A stretch of 63,648 bases of DNA, the filler included, from Thraustochytrium aureum (taxonomy: Eukaryota), in assembly GCA_012862495.1 (NCBI GenBank). It is 7 parts of 5 records of this genome, joined end to end, with 100 filler letters (N's around TTAATTAATTAA, not from the genome) between each part and the next. Parts side by side here need not be neighbours in the genome. Positions count along the whole stretch, not along the records: positions 21,613 to 27,800 come from BLSG01000198.1; positions 27,901 to 45,409 come from BLSG01000198.1; 5 more parts are not named here. One strand, given 5' to 3'. The translations under genes and the position numbers were made by a program. How positions within the stretch are numbered: the first letter of the stretch is position 1; the number at the start of each line of letters is the position of its first letter. Of the stretch, positions 22,240 through 32,762 are shown in pieces. Under the pieces are notes generated by a model. That model was not told the DNA's origin. It ran no database searches and worked only from the letters and a program-made list of their open reading frames with translations.

Positions 22240-23835
22240 ATGCCCCATGCGGATGCGCCGAAGCCGGCGACAGCAGATGAACGCTCCGCGACGGTGCTGG
22301 CTGCGTCAACGAGCTATGTCCCTGCAAGACGCGAACAAGTCGACGAGTCCACACGCGTTGGGCTGGTTGGATGCCATGGTCGAGATCAATTGGGTGGATC
22401 CCTTGGCGGCTCGCCGGCGCGGATCTGGGGTTCCTGGTCCTGGGCCTCGGTGCTTCTCGCCTGCGCGACGGCTGCGCTTTTAGTGTCGACAGTTACCTGG
22501 GCCTCGGTTGGCAAGGTCGGCGACGAAAGGCATTGGGGCCTTTCAAGCCATAGCGGCAGTGCCGACACCACCTCCGCATACAGCGCACTGCCGCATTCGC
22601 CATGGAATGGAAGCCTAGAGGAGGCGAATATTGCGAGCTCTGTGCGAGCCAACGAGGATGGGCTCGGCGCCGCATCTCAGGGAAAGGACGCGCCCGAGCG
22701 TCAAAGGATAGAGGAGGAGGACGGCCGCGTCGAAAGCAGCAGCGTACTGCCTAGTTCGAGGCCAGAACCCCCAATGGCGCAAGAATCGAAGCGTGACAAA
22801 TCGAGCTATGACATGATCCCTGCAGTGATGGAGTCGCCGATTGTAGGCTTCCCACGCGAAAGATACCCGGGACTGGTCAAGGACAAGATTCTTTGCCTTA
22901 CCGTCGACTATGCGCAGTTGAACAACCACATCCTCGCCGTGCGCGGGGGCATGGCCCTGGCCCACATCCTGAACCGCACGTTCATTGCGCCGGAACTGGT
23001 TTCGAGACTCTACAATGTCAACCTCTTGGGAAACCTGAGCCCCGGCATCATCAAGCCGTTCGACGAACGGGCCTGCAAGGACGCCCAGGAAGTGCGAGCC
23101 GTGAAGCGCTGGTGCAAGAGGTGGTACGGGTGCGACATCCGCGAAAAGGACTTGCAGCAGAGTTTCGTCAGGGTGACCAAGAACAAGCGCGCAGTTGGGG
23201 TAAGCGGCTATATTCTTTTCCGGCTCGCTCTCTACGCCCACGGGGTCGATGCGGCGTTCAGCGAGGCAAACTTCTACCGCAACCTATTTGCGCGCGCTGA
23301 CCTTTTCAACAAGGCCGCCGCATTCGTGGCGGACAAGTTTGGGGACAAGCCTTTCGCGGCTGTACACCTCCGCAACCTGAACGGAGCGTGTGAACGCAAG
23401 CAAACCGAGTTCAACAACGGTATTGGTCTCGAGCTCTGCAGCGCATCCAAGGGCACGTTTTTGGAAATCGAGCAGGAAGTCGTTGGGGAGGAATTGCCGT
23501 TGTTTGTTCTCAGCGACCGCGAGAATCAAACAGCACTCGAGACCTACAATAACTACGGGGTCCTGTACGGCGGAGACTGTGTCGGCATAGAGTGTGCGGT
23601 CATCGACTTTGAGATCGGCGCCAGGTCCAACTTCTTCGTCGGCGTCGTCACCAGTACATCGTCTACCACGGTGGCCTATCTGCGCCGCTTTCGCCGCCTG
23701 CGTGACGTTGGGACGCAATACCGTAGCGTGCTCAGCTGGTCACGCAACGCGACCGAAAAATACTACACGGGCGGTCACTGGCTGTTCAGGAACAACTTCA
23801 AGGAGGAGAAGAGGCCAGTGATGTTCAAGCCTTGA
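22240..23835 (+). CDS. GDP-fucose protein O-fucosyltransferase-like type II membrane glycosyltransferase
   Basis: N-terminal TM anchor and stem, QLNNHI, FAAVHLR, LFVLSD, IDFEIGARSNFFVG..STSS motifs. Confidence 0.8.
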   Translation: MPHADAPKPATADERSATVLAASTSYVPARREQVDESTRVGLVGCHGRDQLGGSLGGSPARIWGSWSWASVLLACATAALLVSTVTWASVGKVGDERHWGLSSHSGSADTTSAYSALPHSPWNGSLEEANIASSVRANEDGLGAASQGKDAPERQRIEEEDGRVESSSVLPSSRPEPPMAQESKRDKSSYDMIPAVMESPIVGFPRERYPGLVKDKILCLTVDYAQLNNHILAVRGGMALAHILNRTFIAPELVSRLYNVNLLGNLSPGIIKPFDERACKDAQEVRAVKRWCKRWYGCDIREKDLQQSFVRVTKNKRAVGVSGYILFRLALYAHGVDAAFSEANFYRNLFARADLFNKAAAFVADKFGDKPFAAVHLRNLNGACERKQTEFNNGIGLELCSASKGTFLEIEQEVVGEELPLFVLSDRENQTALETYNNYGVLYGGDCVGIECAVIDFEIGARSNFFVGVVTSTSSTTVAYLRRFRRLRDVGTQYRSVLSWSRNATEKYYTGGHWLFRNNFKEEKRPVMFKP

Positions 23836-23874
23836 AGCTCGTTTTTTTTACAAAGCGAAAACGTTTGAAAAGCG

Positions 23875-25585
23875 TCAGCGCCCTGTCTCGTAGGGTTTCT
23901 GAAACTGACCTGGGCTGGCATGACCGCGCAGCTCCTGACGATATTGCTGCCGCGGCTGGTGCTGCTGGTGCTGCTGGGGAGGTGCAGGTGCGTCGCTGGA
24001 GACCTGCATTTGCAGCCGCTGCCAAGGCTGGGCTGGTCCTGGCTCGGGCATTATTGCCCCGTTTGAGTGCCCAGTAGGAGCGAACGTTTCATCCTCCTCA
24101 TGGTGCACAGCCTGTTGTTGCTGGTGCTGGTGGATGTACTGAGGTGGTGCGTCCTCGAGGAGGTTGCCCGTGGACTGGAAGCTCGTAAACTTGGCGAGGT
24201 TTGACCCTCGTCGTGGACGGTACGCAGGCGTTTCTTCGAACGGCGCCTGGTACTGCGTGTCTTGCCAGCTCTGCGTCGAGGCAACGGCGTCGCTCGACTT
24301 GGAACTGCTGAACGACTCGCGGCGCCGAGACGGCGAGTTGGGAGGTGACCCTTTCTCTGCGCGCGGGCGCCACGAGCTTCGAGTAAAGAGCTGCTCCTCG
24401 GCCTCGCGCGCTCTGTCAGCAACCCTCCATTGCACTGTAGCCTGCTTCCAATAGTCGATTGTGTCCGAGATGTGACCCTCATCTAAAATGTGGTGAATAA
24501 AGCCGTCACAAAGCATGACGCCCTTGTCCTTGTCAATGTCGATTCCGTTTTGGCCGTCAAAGGTGTAGCCGAGCACGGGGATGTAGTGCGGGTCATGAGA
24601 GAACCTATTGCGGAATGCGATCACGCGCTCGATAGAATCGCTATGGTCGGTCAAGGAGAGCATCACTGCGTTGTAGTGCCCGACGTTGTCGCGGTTCAGG
24701 GCGCCGGCCGCTTCTTCGAGTGTGAAAGCAAACACAGGGTGGATACCGACGTTTCGAAGCAGCAGCTGGAAAAGGCGCTGCAGCTCGACGCGTCCTTCAA
24801 CCACAATGACATACCTGTCGTTGTCGCTTTTCTGCTTGATGATTTTGCGCTTCGTGTTGCGAACTTGGTCGGGGACAAGCGCCCGTGCATAGGAGGAGTT
24901 TCCATTGTGCCCGTACGGCCCGAGGGTCATTGCTTTCTTGTTCTCGGACTGGAGGTAGGGCTCGATGACGAAGAACCGCGTGTACCACGTGGCNNNNNNN
25001 NNNNNNNNNNNNNNNNNNNNNNNNNNNNNNNNNNNNNNNNNNNNNNNNNNNNNNNNNNNNNNNNNNNNNNNNNNNNNNNNNNNNNNNNNNNNNNNNNNNN
25101 NNNNNNNNNNNNNNNNNNNNNNNNNNNNNNNNNNNNNNNNNNNNNNNNNNNNNNNNNNNNNNNNNNNNNNNNNNNNNNNNNNNNNNNNNNNNNNNNNNNN
25201 NNNNNNNNNNNNNNNNNNNNNNNNNNNNNNNNNNNNNNNNNNNNNNNNNNNNNNNNNNNNNNNNNNNNNNNNNNNNNNNNNNNNNNNNNNNNNNNNNNNN
25301 NNNNNNNNNNNNNNNNNNNNNNNNNNNNNNNNNNNNNNNNNNNNNNNNNNNNNNNNNNNNNNNNNNNNNNNNNNNNNNNNNNNNNNNNNNNNNNNNNNNN
25401 NNNNNNNNNNNNNNNNNNNNNNNNNNNNNNNNNNNNNNNNNNNNNNNNNNNNNNNNNNNNNNNNNNNNNNNNNNNNNNNNNNNNNNNNNNNNNNNNNNNN
25501 NNNNNNNNNNNNNNNNNNNNNNNNNNNNNNNNNNNNNNNNNNNNNNNNNNNNNNNNAGCAAAACGGTATCGCTGTCGGGGTCCAT
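23875..25585 (-). CDS. Paralog 1: protein with a degenerate receiver (REC-like) domain; candidate channelrhodopsin whose 7TM part lies in gap 24994-25556
   Basis: ATWYTRFFVIEPY, then YVIVVEG...LEEA...AVMLS...IPVLGYT...CDGFIHHI (REC fold pattern), then a low-complexity tail. Candidate start MDPDSDTVL at 25585. Confidence 0.6.
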
Positions 25586-25609
25586 TGCGACGCCCGGTCA
25601 CCTTTTTGC

Positions 25610-25666
25610 CTGTCTGTCTGCCTGCCCGGCCGCTTGCCTGCCCGCCTGCCTGCCTGCCTGCCTGCC
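25610..25666. repeat. Degenerate (CCTG)n microsatellite upstream of paralog 1
   Basis: Visible CCTG/TCTG run. Confidence 0.75.
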
Positions 25667-26663
25667 TTCAACGAGTCTGGATCAGTTTGGAATAGGTTTG
25701 GCTGGTCTGACACGCTCGAGCTGGTGGAGTCTGCGTCAGGATTGGGAACTGCCTAAGCGACAAACGTGAGCCTAAACCATGGGAGAAGGAGCCACAACTG
25801 CAAGTCCGGCGCAGAGGCGATAGTTGTTGAGCGGTTTAGAGGCGCTCGCGAGTTCACTAGCTCTAGCTAGAGCATCACTCTCGTTTGCCTGAGGAAAAAC
25901 TATACCTCTCTCCTCCTGATTCGCCCGTGGTTTACCGGATACACGTCGCCCTAGTCACTGTGTGCACGCGTGCAACGGACTAGGCTGTTCATGTTGGTCA
26001 CAGATTGCTCAGGGATAGGCCGCTGCTCCAGCGACCCGATGCGGGAAATTCTATTTTCGACTGCTGCTGCTTCTTCTTCTTCTTCTTCTGTCAGAGGCGC
26101 CCGACCGCATACCGCTGCCAGCTCCGTCGCACTGGCACTTACTTGGCGGCATGAGCCTGTTCCACTTGGTGTGCTAGTAGCTCTCCAAAGCTACTTACTT
26201 GGTGGTCGTCGGACAAGCTCAACAAAAACGGACATGCGGGGCGGTTGTTCGTTGGGCAGCTATCTCGCCGCGCCACCTGTACCTGACGCCCTCTCAGGCC
26301 ACCTACAGCCGCGCTGCGTTGCGCGCTTTTTGGCTGTGTGGTTGAGTTGGCTTGTCCGAAGCCGTCTCAGGTGTCCGTTGGAGGCGTTTCGTCCCGAGCT
26401 TGCGAAAGGCTTGGCTGCGCTGGGGCAGTGCAGGTGCGACCGCCAAAGCGCTTATGGTCTACTAATGAGTGGAGCTGGCTTGGGTTCGACCTGGAGGTGC
26501 GCAGCGGCGCGGAGGCCCCTGCGCGAACTCGGTTTCCGGATCCACAAGCGTCTCAAGAACGGCTCGCCGATGCTGCGTCGCACAGTGAAACTGCTTTTTT
26601 TGGTTGCCTGTAGGTCTACTCTAGAGATAGACCAAAGTTTCCGTGAGCTGACAAAACAATACT

Positions 26664-27800
26664 TTACTGACGGGTGTAGCTGCTGTCAAAAGAGGTTGTT
26701 CGTTGCGCTGTCCGGTGCGTGTCTGGGCCTTTATTTGCGACTCCATTTCTCATCCTTACACCGACGGCGTTCTCATTCATTTCCCTGCTCTGTGCAAGGC
26801 GGTCCTGCGAGCCTGTTTGGAAAACGGGGGCAACCTGCGAGCCCCTGCCACTATTCGGGTGTTGCTCAAGAACAAGGCCGCGTTCGCCGGATCTTGTGGT
26901 TGACGGAGCGCTAGCACGGCCGGATGTGCGAGAGCCAGACTCGCTGAGTTCTTCAATTTCCACACGGGCCTTGAAGGTCTCTTCTGTTGTTCCGGCTTTC
27001 ACGGGCCGCGGGAAGGTCCTTGGCGAGTGCGATTGAAGGTTGGAGTGACGTCTTGGGATTTGAACCTGTCCAGCGTTGTGTGCTGCGTCGCACGGTTGGT
27101 TGGCGAGTTGAAAGTGCTCGCCGCCATTTTGAGCTTCAAGCTGCTTTGCGTACACAGATTTTTGAGTCATTGCGCCTTGCGGGCGCCAAGAGCTTTGCGT
27201 GAAGAGCTTCACCTCAGCCTCTCGCGCTCTGTCTGCGGCCCTCCATTGCACTGTTGCCTGCTTCCAATAGTCGATCGAGTCCGAAATGTGATCTTCATCA
27301 AGGATGTGGTGAACAAATCCGTCGCAAAGCAAGAGCCCTGTTTCGTCGTCCATGTCGATCCCGTTCTGGCCGTCAAAAGTGTAGCCGAGCACCGGGATGT
27401 AGTGCGGGTCGTGCGAAAACCTATTGCGAAAGGCAACCACACGCTCGATCGAGTCGAGGTGGTCGTTTAACGAAAGTAAGACGGCGTCGTAATGGCCGAC
27501 GTTGTCGCGGTTGAGAGCGCCGGCTGCTTCTTCTAGGGTGAAAGCAAAGACGGGATGAACACCAACGTTGGTGAGAAGCAGCTGGAACAAGCGTTGCAGT
27601 TCAACTCGCACCTCGACCACGATGACGTAGCGGTCGGTTTCATACTTATTCTTGTTTCGTGCGCGCTTGGTGTTGCCGACCTGGTTGAGGGTCATTGCAT
27701 GCTTGCTATTTGCAAATCCTTGGGGCCCGAGCGCCATGGCTTTGCGTTGCTCAGACTGGAGGTAGGGCTCGATGACGAAGAACCGCGTGTACCACGCGGC
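26664..27800 (-). CDS. Paralog 2: same architecture as 23875-25585; 5' part lost at the scaffold end
   Basis: AAWYTRFFVIEPYLQSE and a REC-like domain with 21 differences in ~152 aa from paralog 1 (manual count); unrelated tail after SSWRP. Confidence 0.6.
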   Translation of the reverse strand, partial: AAWYTRFFVIEPYLQSEQRKAMALGPQGFANSKHAMTLNQVGNTKRARNKNKYETDRYVIVVEVRVELQRLFQLLLTNVGVHPVFAFTLEEAAGALNRDNVGHYDAVLLSLNDHLDSIERVVAFRNRFSHDPHYIPVLGYTFDGQNGIDMDDETGLLLCDGFVHHILDEDHISDSIDYWKQATVQWRAADRAREAEVKLFTQSSWRPQGAMTQKSVYAKQLEAQNGGEHFQLANQPCDAAHNAGQVQIPRRHSNLQSHSPRTFPRPVKAGTTEETFKARVEIEELSESGSRTSGRASAPSTTRSGERGLVLEQHPNSGRGSQVAPVFQTGSQDRLAQSREMNENAVGVRMRNGVANKGPDTHRTAQRTTSFDSSYTRQ

Positions 27801-27900
27801 NNNNNNNNNNNNNNNNNNNNNNNNNNNNNNNNNNNNNNNNNNNNTTAATTAATTAANNNNNNNNNNNNNNNNNNNNNNNNNNNNNNNNNNNNNNNNNNNN
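27801..27900. other. Artificial scaffold linker
   Basis: TTAATTAATTAA at 27845-27856 within Ns. Confidence 0.97.
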
Positions 27901-28415
27901 GTCCCCGGGGTAGCCATGGCTTCCGCACCGCGCCGCTCGCAGCCCTCCGCAGCGCGTTCGACGCTCCGCACAACCGTGCTGCGTACAGGTCGGCAGGAGG
28001 GCGGGTGTCACGGTCCGTCCATTCTCGTTGCTTGCAAGCCTTTCCACGCACGTTCTCCAGCCCCGCTGGCGCGCTCCAGAGCTCTGCCCTTCCCCGCAGG
28101 CGAGCAGGCAGGCAGGCACGCAGGCAGGCACGCAGGCAGGCGCCCGGCGTTTGAGATGCTGCAGCGGCCCGCCTAGTGGCCCGCCCGAGCGGCGTTCGCG
28201 TCCTTGACGAGCGTTTTCACTGCGCGCGTCAATGGCGGCCTCGCGGACCTCCAACGACGAGCAACGACCGCGATGGACGGCGCTGGACGCAGTGCGCAGA
28301 GCAGTAGAGTAATAGAGAATAGTTGGTTGATGATGACAGGGCCTTGGCCGAGGCGCAGCAGCTCTCGATACCGTCGGAGACGCTGCCGGGCCGGCCGCCG
28401 TCGGCGGCGCGGTGA

Positions 28416-31400
28416 TCAGGAGAAGAAGTACGGCGAGTCGAGGACCTCGTAGATGTCGAGGGTGTTCTTCATGGGCGGCTCCGGGATTTGCGCCGCCATC
28501 TGGGGGAACCGAGCGATGAAGTCTTCGTACAGGTTGTGGAGAATGGGTTGCTCGTGCAGCTCGACAAACTGCTCCCGCAAGACCACGTTCATCCGGTCTG
28601 TCTCCGAGGCGTGCGTCCAGTAACTGTCGTGAACGGCCGTGAAGGCGATCCCCTGCTTCTCGCAAGCGCGCGCCGTCATGAGCATGTGCGTCGAGTCGAT
28701 TGAATGTACAAAGTTGGGCGGGAAAGCGTTGCGCTGCTTGACTTTGTGCACCGGAGAGTCATCGATGAACTCGCGCACCACCACCGTCTGCATCGCAGTA
28801 TGCACTTGCTGCTTGGCGCCGTGCTTGTAGGGTTGGACGACCGGGAGACCGAGCGGGGTCACCCAGGAGACCGGCTGGCCAGAATCCGTGCAAATCTTCG
28901 CGAGCTGGCCGAGCCAGTGCTGGATCTCGTTCGCAGACTGGAACGTCTCGCCGATGGACTTGAGGGTAACGCGGGCAAGGTAGTACGACGCCGCATTGAG
29001 CTGATCGCGATCGAAGACGGTGCCGGGCTGCGTGAGGTCGGGGTCCCGCATGCCCTCCGGCTTTTTGAGCTCGTTCTCGAGGTAGATGTTCTTGTCGTTG
29101 ATCTCCTCGAGGCGGCGCAGAATCTGCGCGCGCGCGCCGACAAAGGTCACGCCGTACACTGACGTCATCACAGTCTGCTTGACGAGCTTGCGCGTGAGCT
29201 GGTCCTTGAGGTGGTAGGCGAGCCAAGCGTTTGCAGCTTCAGTGTTGCGCGATGCAAAGGTTTCCAGGTCCGGGTGCACGTAAGGAATGTGCAGGTGCGG
29301 GTCGTGCTTTTCGGCATCGATCCGCAGGAACTCACGAACCTTTTTCGCAACGGCCGAGTACACGTCCCCAGGCTTGGAACCGGCGACGAGATTGACCTCA
29401 GTACCGCCCTCCCGGTCGCGCCCGAGCGCAGCGTAGTGCTGGAGTCCGTTGCAAGAGCCGTCCATGTGAACGGAGAGGTTTGACATAAAGTCGACCGGCG
29501 CGCCGCCGCTGTGGTAGGCGTTGTAGAGCTCCATGCAGGTCGCGAGGGCCTGCCAGGGGTTGTCTGCAGTTGCCCAAAACTTTCGCGCGTTTGGGTTGAC
29601 CGGATCAATCGGCTCCCTTGCGCTCTCGAAGACCAACTCGAGTCGCTCCTCGGTCCACGCGACGCGATCGTCGAAAGAAGCCTTGTCAAATCCCAGCTGG
29701 TTGGCCAAGTGGACCTTGAGCCAGTACAGGCCGCGCTCTCCCAACCGACGGGCCTCGCGAAACTTTAGCAAGGCGCGTGCCAAGTCGTCCCCCATGTGGC
29801 TGGTCGGCGGGATCGGGTACGCGCGGCCGCGGAAGTCGAGCGAATGCGGGAACCAGAACTGTGGAAAGTCCTTGACAAAGTTACCGAGCTCGAGCTTGGC
29901 AGAAAAGTCAGGTGCTTGGACGTCCACTCTTGCTTTTCGCGCCGGGCGCGCTCCTTGTTGGAGAGCTGCCCTTTGCGCGCCTTGATCGACTCGGCATCCT
30001 TCTTGTCGGCTACCTTCACTACGGGCTCGCTGAGGGTGCTGGTAACCCTCTCCCAGGCGTCTCCGCCCCCCATTTGCGGCAGACCCGAAACGACGAGGTC
30101 TTCAGCTTTGACACGATTTGCGACGTGGAAAACCTCATGGTTGAGAGTCCATGGCAGCCGCCCAAGCGCGCTCACTCCGTCGAAGAGCTCCGGCGACTCA
30201 AACTTCCGCAAGAGCACCAGCGTTTCGTTGGATCCTCCAGTCCTCCTAATAATCGGCATCGGCGTTGAGAGGTATGCGCCGTTCAGGGGGCCGGCCCAGT
30301 CGCGCGGCGGGACCACCATTGGCCGCAAGTGCGGGGCATTGAAAGAGATCATCTCCCCCATCCCACTGTCGTTGAGGAGCCGGTTATTGATCAACGGGTG
30401 CACAACGATCCGACCCGACTTGAGTCCCGACACGGCGGTTGCGAATGAGTGGAGAAAGGCTGGAACGGGACTCTCAGCATCGACGGCCTCGCGCTCTGCC
30501 TCTGTCAGATTCGACTTGTCCGCAACCACAAAACAACTCTCGCACATGAGCTGGACCAGGCGGGCGCCAACCAACGTGTGCATCCGCGAGGACCAGTCAA
30601 GGCTCGACCTGGCGCGATGGAACGCCATCTCATGCCTGTCCAGCGAGCCCGACTCTGCGGCCATGTTCCAGCGCAGCTCCATCCACGGGTCTTTGAGCGC
30701 GCTCGAGTTGAAAATCTCAGCCTCCTCGAGCACGGCGCGGCCCACTCTGCGTACGGCCATCACATACGGGATGCCCCCGGGGTTGTTGAAGACGAGGTTG
30801 AGTACCTCTTGGATCGTGGTTGTAGCCAGGAGGTCTGCTGGCAGGGTGCGGATCACAGACTCGAAGTCGTTGTCCTTGTTCAAACGCGAGCGCTTGAGGC
30901 TCTCTTGCTGCGATGTGGTGATGTGCTTGGATAGCGCATTGAACCACACGGGGAACTGCCGGTCCACTCTGGCTGCTGGCACGCGATCCTGAATCAGGTC
31001 CACGGCGAATGTGACCTCGTTGCTGCCTTCGAGGGCATTCAATGAGGCCACGTGGGAGAGTGGCTTGGGGACGACGAGGTCTTCCTTTACCATGTTGGCC
31101 GACCCGTACGTGAGTAGCTCGCGCGCGCGGCGCGCCGCCTCAAGGCGGCGCTCCTTCTCGATACTCTCCTGTAATTTGTGCATGTAAGTCCACTGCAGCC
31201 TGTTTCGCAGCATCATGGCCAGCTTGGTGGCGTCAGAGCTCTTTTCCTGTCGCACCTCACGTAGGAAATTGAGCTTGGCCAGCTTTCGCGCCAACATCTT
31301 TTCCCGGACGTACTCGTCGACTAAGGCACGACCGCCCGCGCGCGGGGGGTCGCGTTCTGGCACCCCACGAGCCGCGCTAGCGCCGTCCATCGAAGCGAGC

Positions 31401-31615
31401 TTGCCCATATCTAGCCCTGGCGCTCCTCTCAGCGATCCCAACGCGCCGCCCGAAGCTGAGCGGACGTTCGATGGCGCAGCGTCCCAGTTTCTTTGCGCAA
31501 CCACTGATGGCTGATTCCCCAAATTGCGCCTCCCAGCAGCTCCAACGTGTTCCCGAACGCATCCCGCCGCAGCGAGCCTTCGCGCCGCGCTTGCAAACCG
31601 CTGGTGCCGCATCAT
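28416..31615 (-). CDS. POLRMT: Mitochondrial single-subunit (T7-like) RNA polymerase; frameshift at ~29900
   Basis: PMVVPPRDW, LDFRGRAYP, DGSCNGLQHY, RKLVKQTVMTSVYG, FPPNFVHS.D, VHDS, C-terminal YFFS; Arg-rich presequence. Confidence 0.95.
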
Positions 31616-31831
31616 GATGCTGAGCACAGCAAAACGTCCGGCCCAGCGCCCGGCGCGCACTCCCGTATGGCCAGCCTCTCGGCAATCTCCAGCCTCCACG
31701 CGCGTCACCGCCCGTTCGAAGCAAGCCGAGTATGGCAAACTAAAAGCCCAAATCAAGGAGGCTTGGTGGCCAAGCCAAAACCCGACGACTCCACCTCCTG
31801 ACGGCCCCGAGGCGCGCGATGCGTCCTAATC

Positions 31832-31832
31832 C

Positions 31833-31863
<31 letters not shown>

Positions 31864-32083
31864 CGAGGAGTTTGGCGAGTATAGCAACCTATCAAGGCTC
31901 AAACAAGGCGACTTGAGCGCGAAAAACCCGACGACGCCAGCAGTGGGACCTCCTCCAACCAAGCTCCTCGACGGCCACGAGGCGCGCGAAGTGGGTCCAA
32001 CTCGCCCTGTCACCGCCGCCGCCGCCGCCGCTGCCACCGCTGCTGCTGCTGCCGCCGCTGCTGCTGCTGCTGCTGCTGCTGCT
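31832..32083. repeat. (GCT)/(GCC) trinucleotide tracts, both followed by CTCGAGGAG
   Basis: Tracts at ~31832-31863 and ~32013-32083. Confidence 0.8.
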
Positions 32084-32762
32084 CGAGGAGGTTGCGAGAA
32101 TGGCCGCCGTGCATGCAGAGCGTCTCGTCAACTCGTGCGTCAAAGGTCTCGCCCTCTCCGCGCCAAGCAGCGTCCAACCATCCTTTCTCTTGAATGCCAA
32201 TATCCAATGGCGTATGCGCCTTTGCAGCAATACTAACATTCAAGATAGAGATGCATGTAGCAGCGAGGTCAAGAGTCGCTCGTCGCGCGATGCTCACTCA
32301 GTTCGTGAACACGATGCGTTTCTGAATGACGGATGCATGGACTTGGAGATGTTGATGATGGTGATCGTGACGATGGCGATCAGCATCCGCGGCGGTGGCG
32401 GCGGGGTTTGGTTTGTTCAACTGTGTTGGTGGCGTTGGCGAGGCTGGTTCATGTCGGTCATCAGAATGCAGGTGTTTTTTTGTTGTTGGGGGGAGTTGGT
32501 TGCAGGTTGCCGACGCGCGAAGCACGTAGCGGGTGGCGTCTTTTCGGCTTCGGGCTATCTGCGCTCGGTTGTTGTCGCGGGCTCGCTCGTTGAGTTGTCG
32601 TGAGCTCGCTCGTTGATATGTTCCGAGAGCAGCAGCGCGCTGCCGCGTTTGCGAGCACAGCATGGTGGGATCTGTGGGCTCCGGTTGCGGCTCTCCTAGG
32701 ACCCGCCTCAGCAGCAAGCTGCCTTCCCGTCGCTGCCGCAGCTGCAGGGGATCAGGGTGTCG

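Noticed and set aside
25970..26914. 314-aa plus-strand ORF between the two REC-like paralogs
   Set aside because: No motif, contains a simple TTC repeat and overlaps paralog 2 antisense; probably spurious.
23875..27800. Hybrid histidine kinase or bacterial two-component contamination
   Set aside because: No HisKA/HATPase motifs precede the receiver-like domain, catalytic residues are missing, and the flanks are eukaryotic (microsatellites, low-complexity tails, O-fucosyltransferase neighbour).
28416..31615. Prophage or viral insertion marked by a T7-like RNA polymerase
   Set aside because: It has a presequence-like N-terminus, the YFFS end typical of nuclear-encoded mitochondrial RNAP, host-like composition and no viral neighbours.
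32298..32717. His-rich minus-strand ORF downstream of the ZIP gene as a metal-binding peptide
   Set aside because: The His content derives from degenerate CAT/CAC repeats, there is no ATG start and no coding bias.
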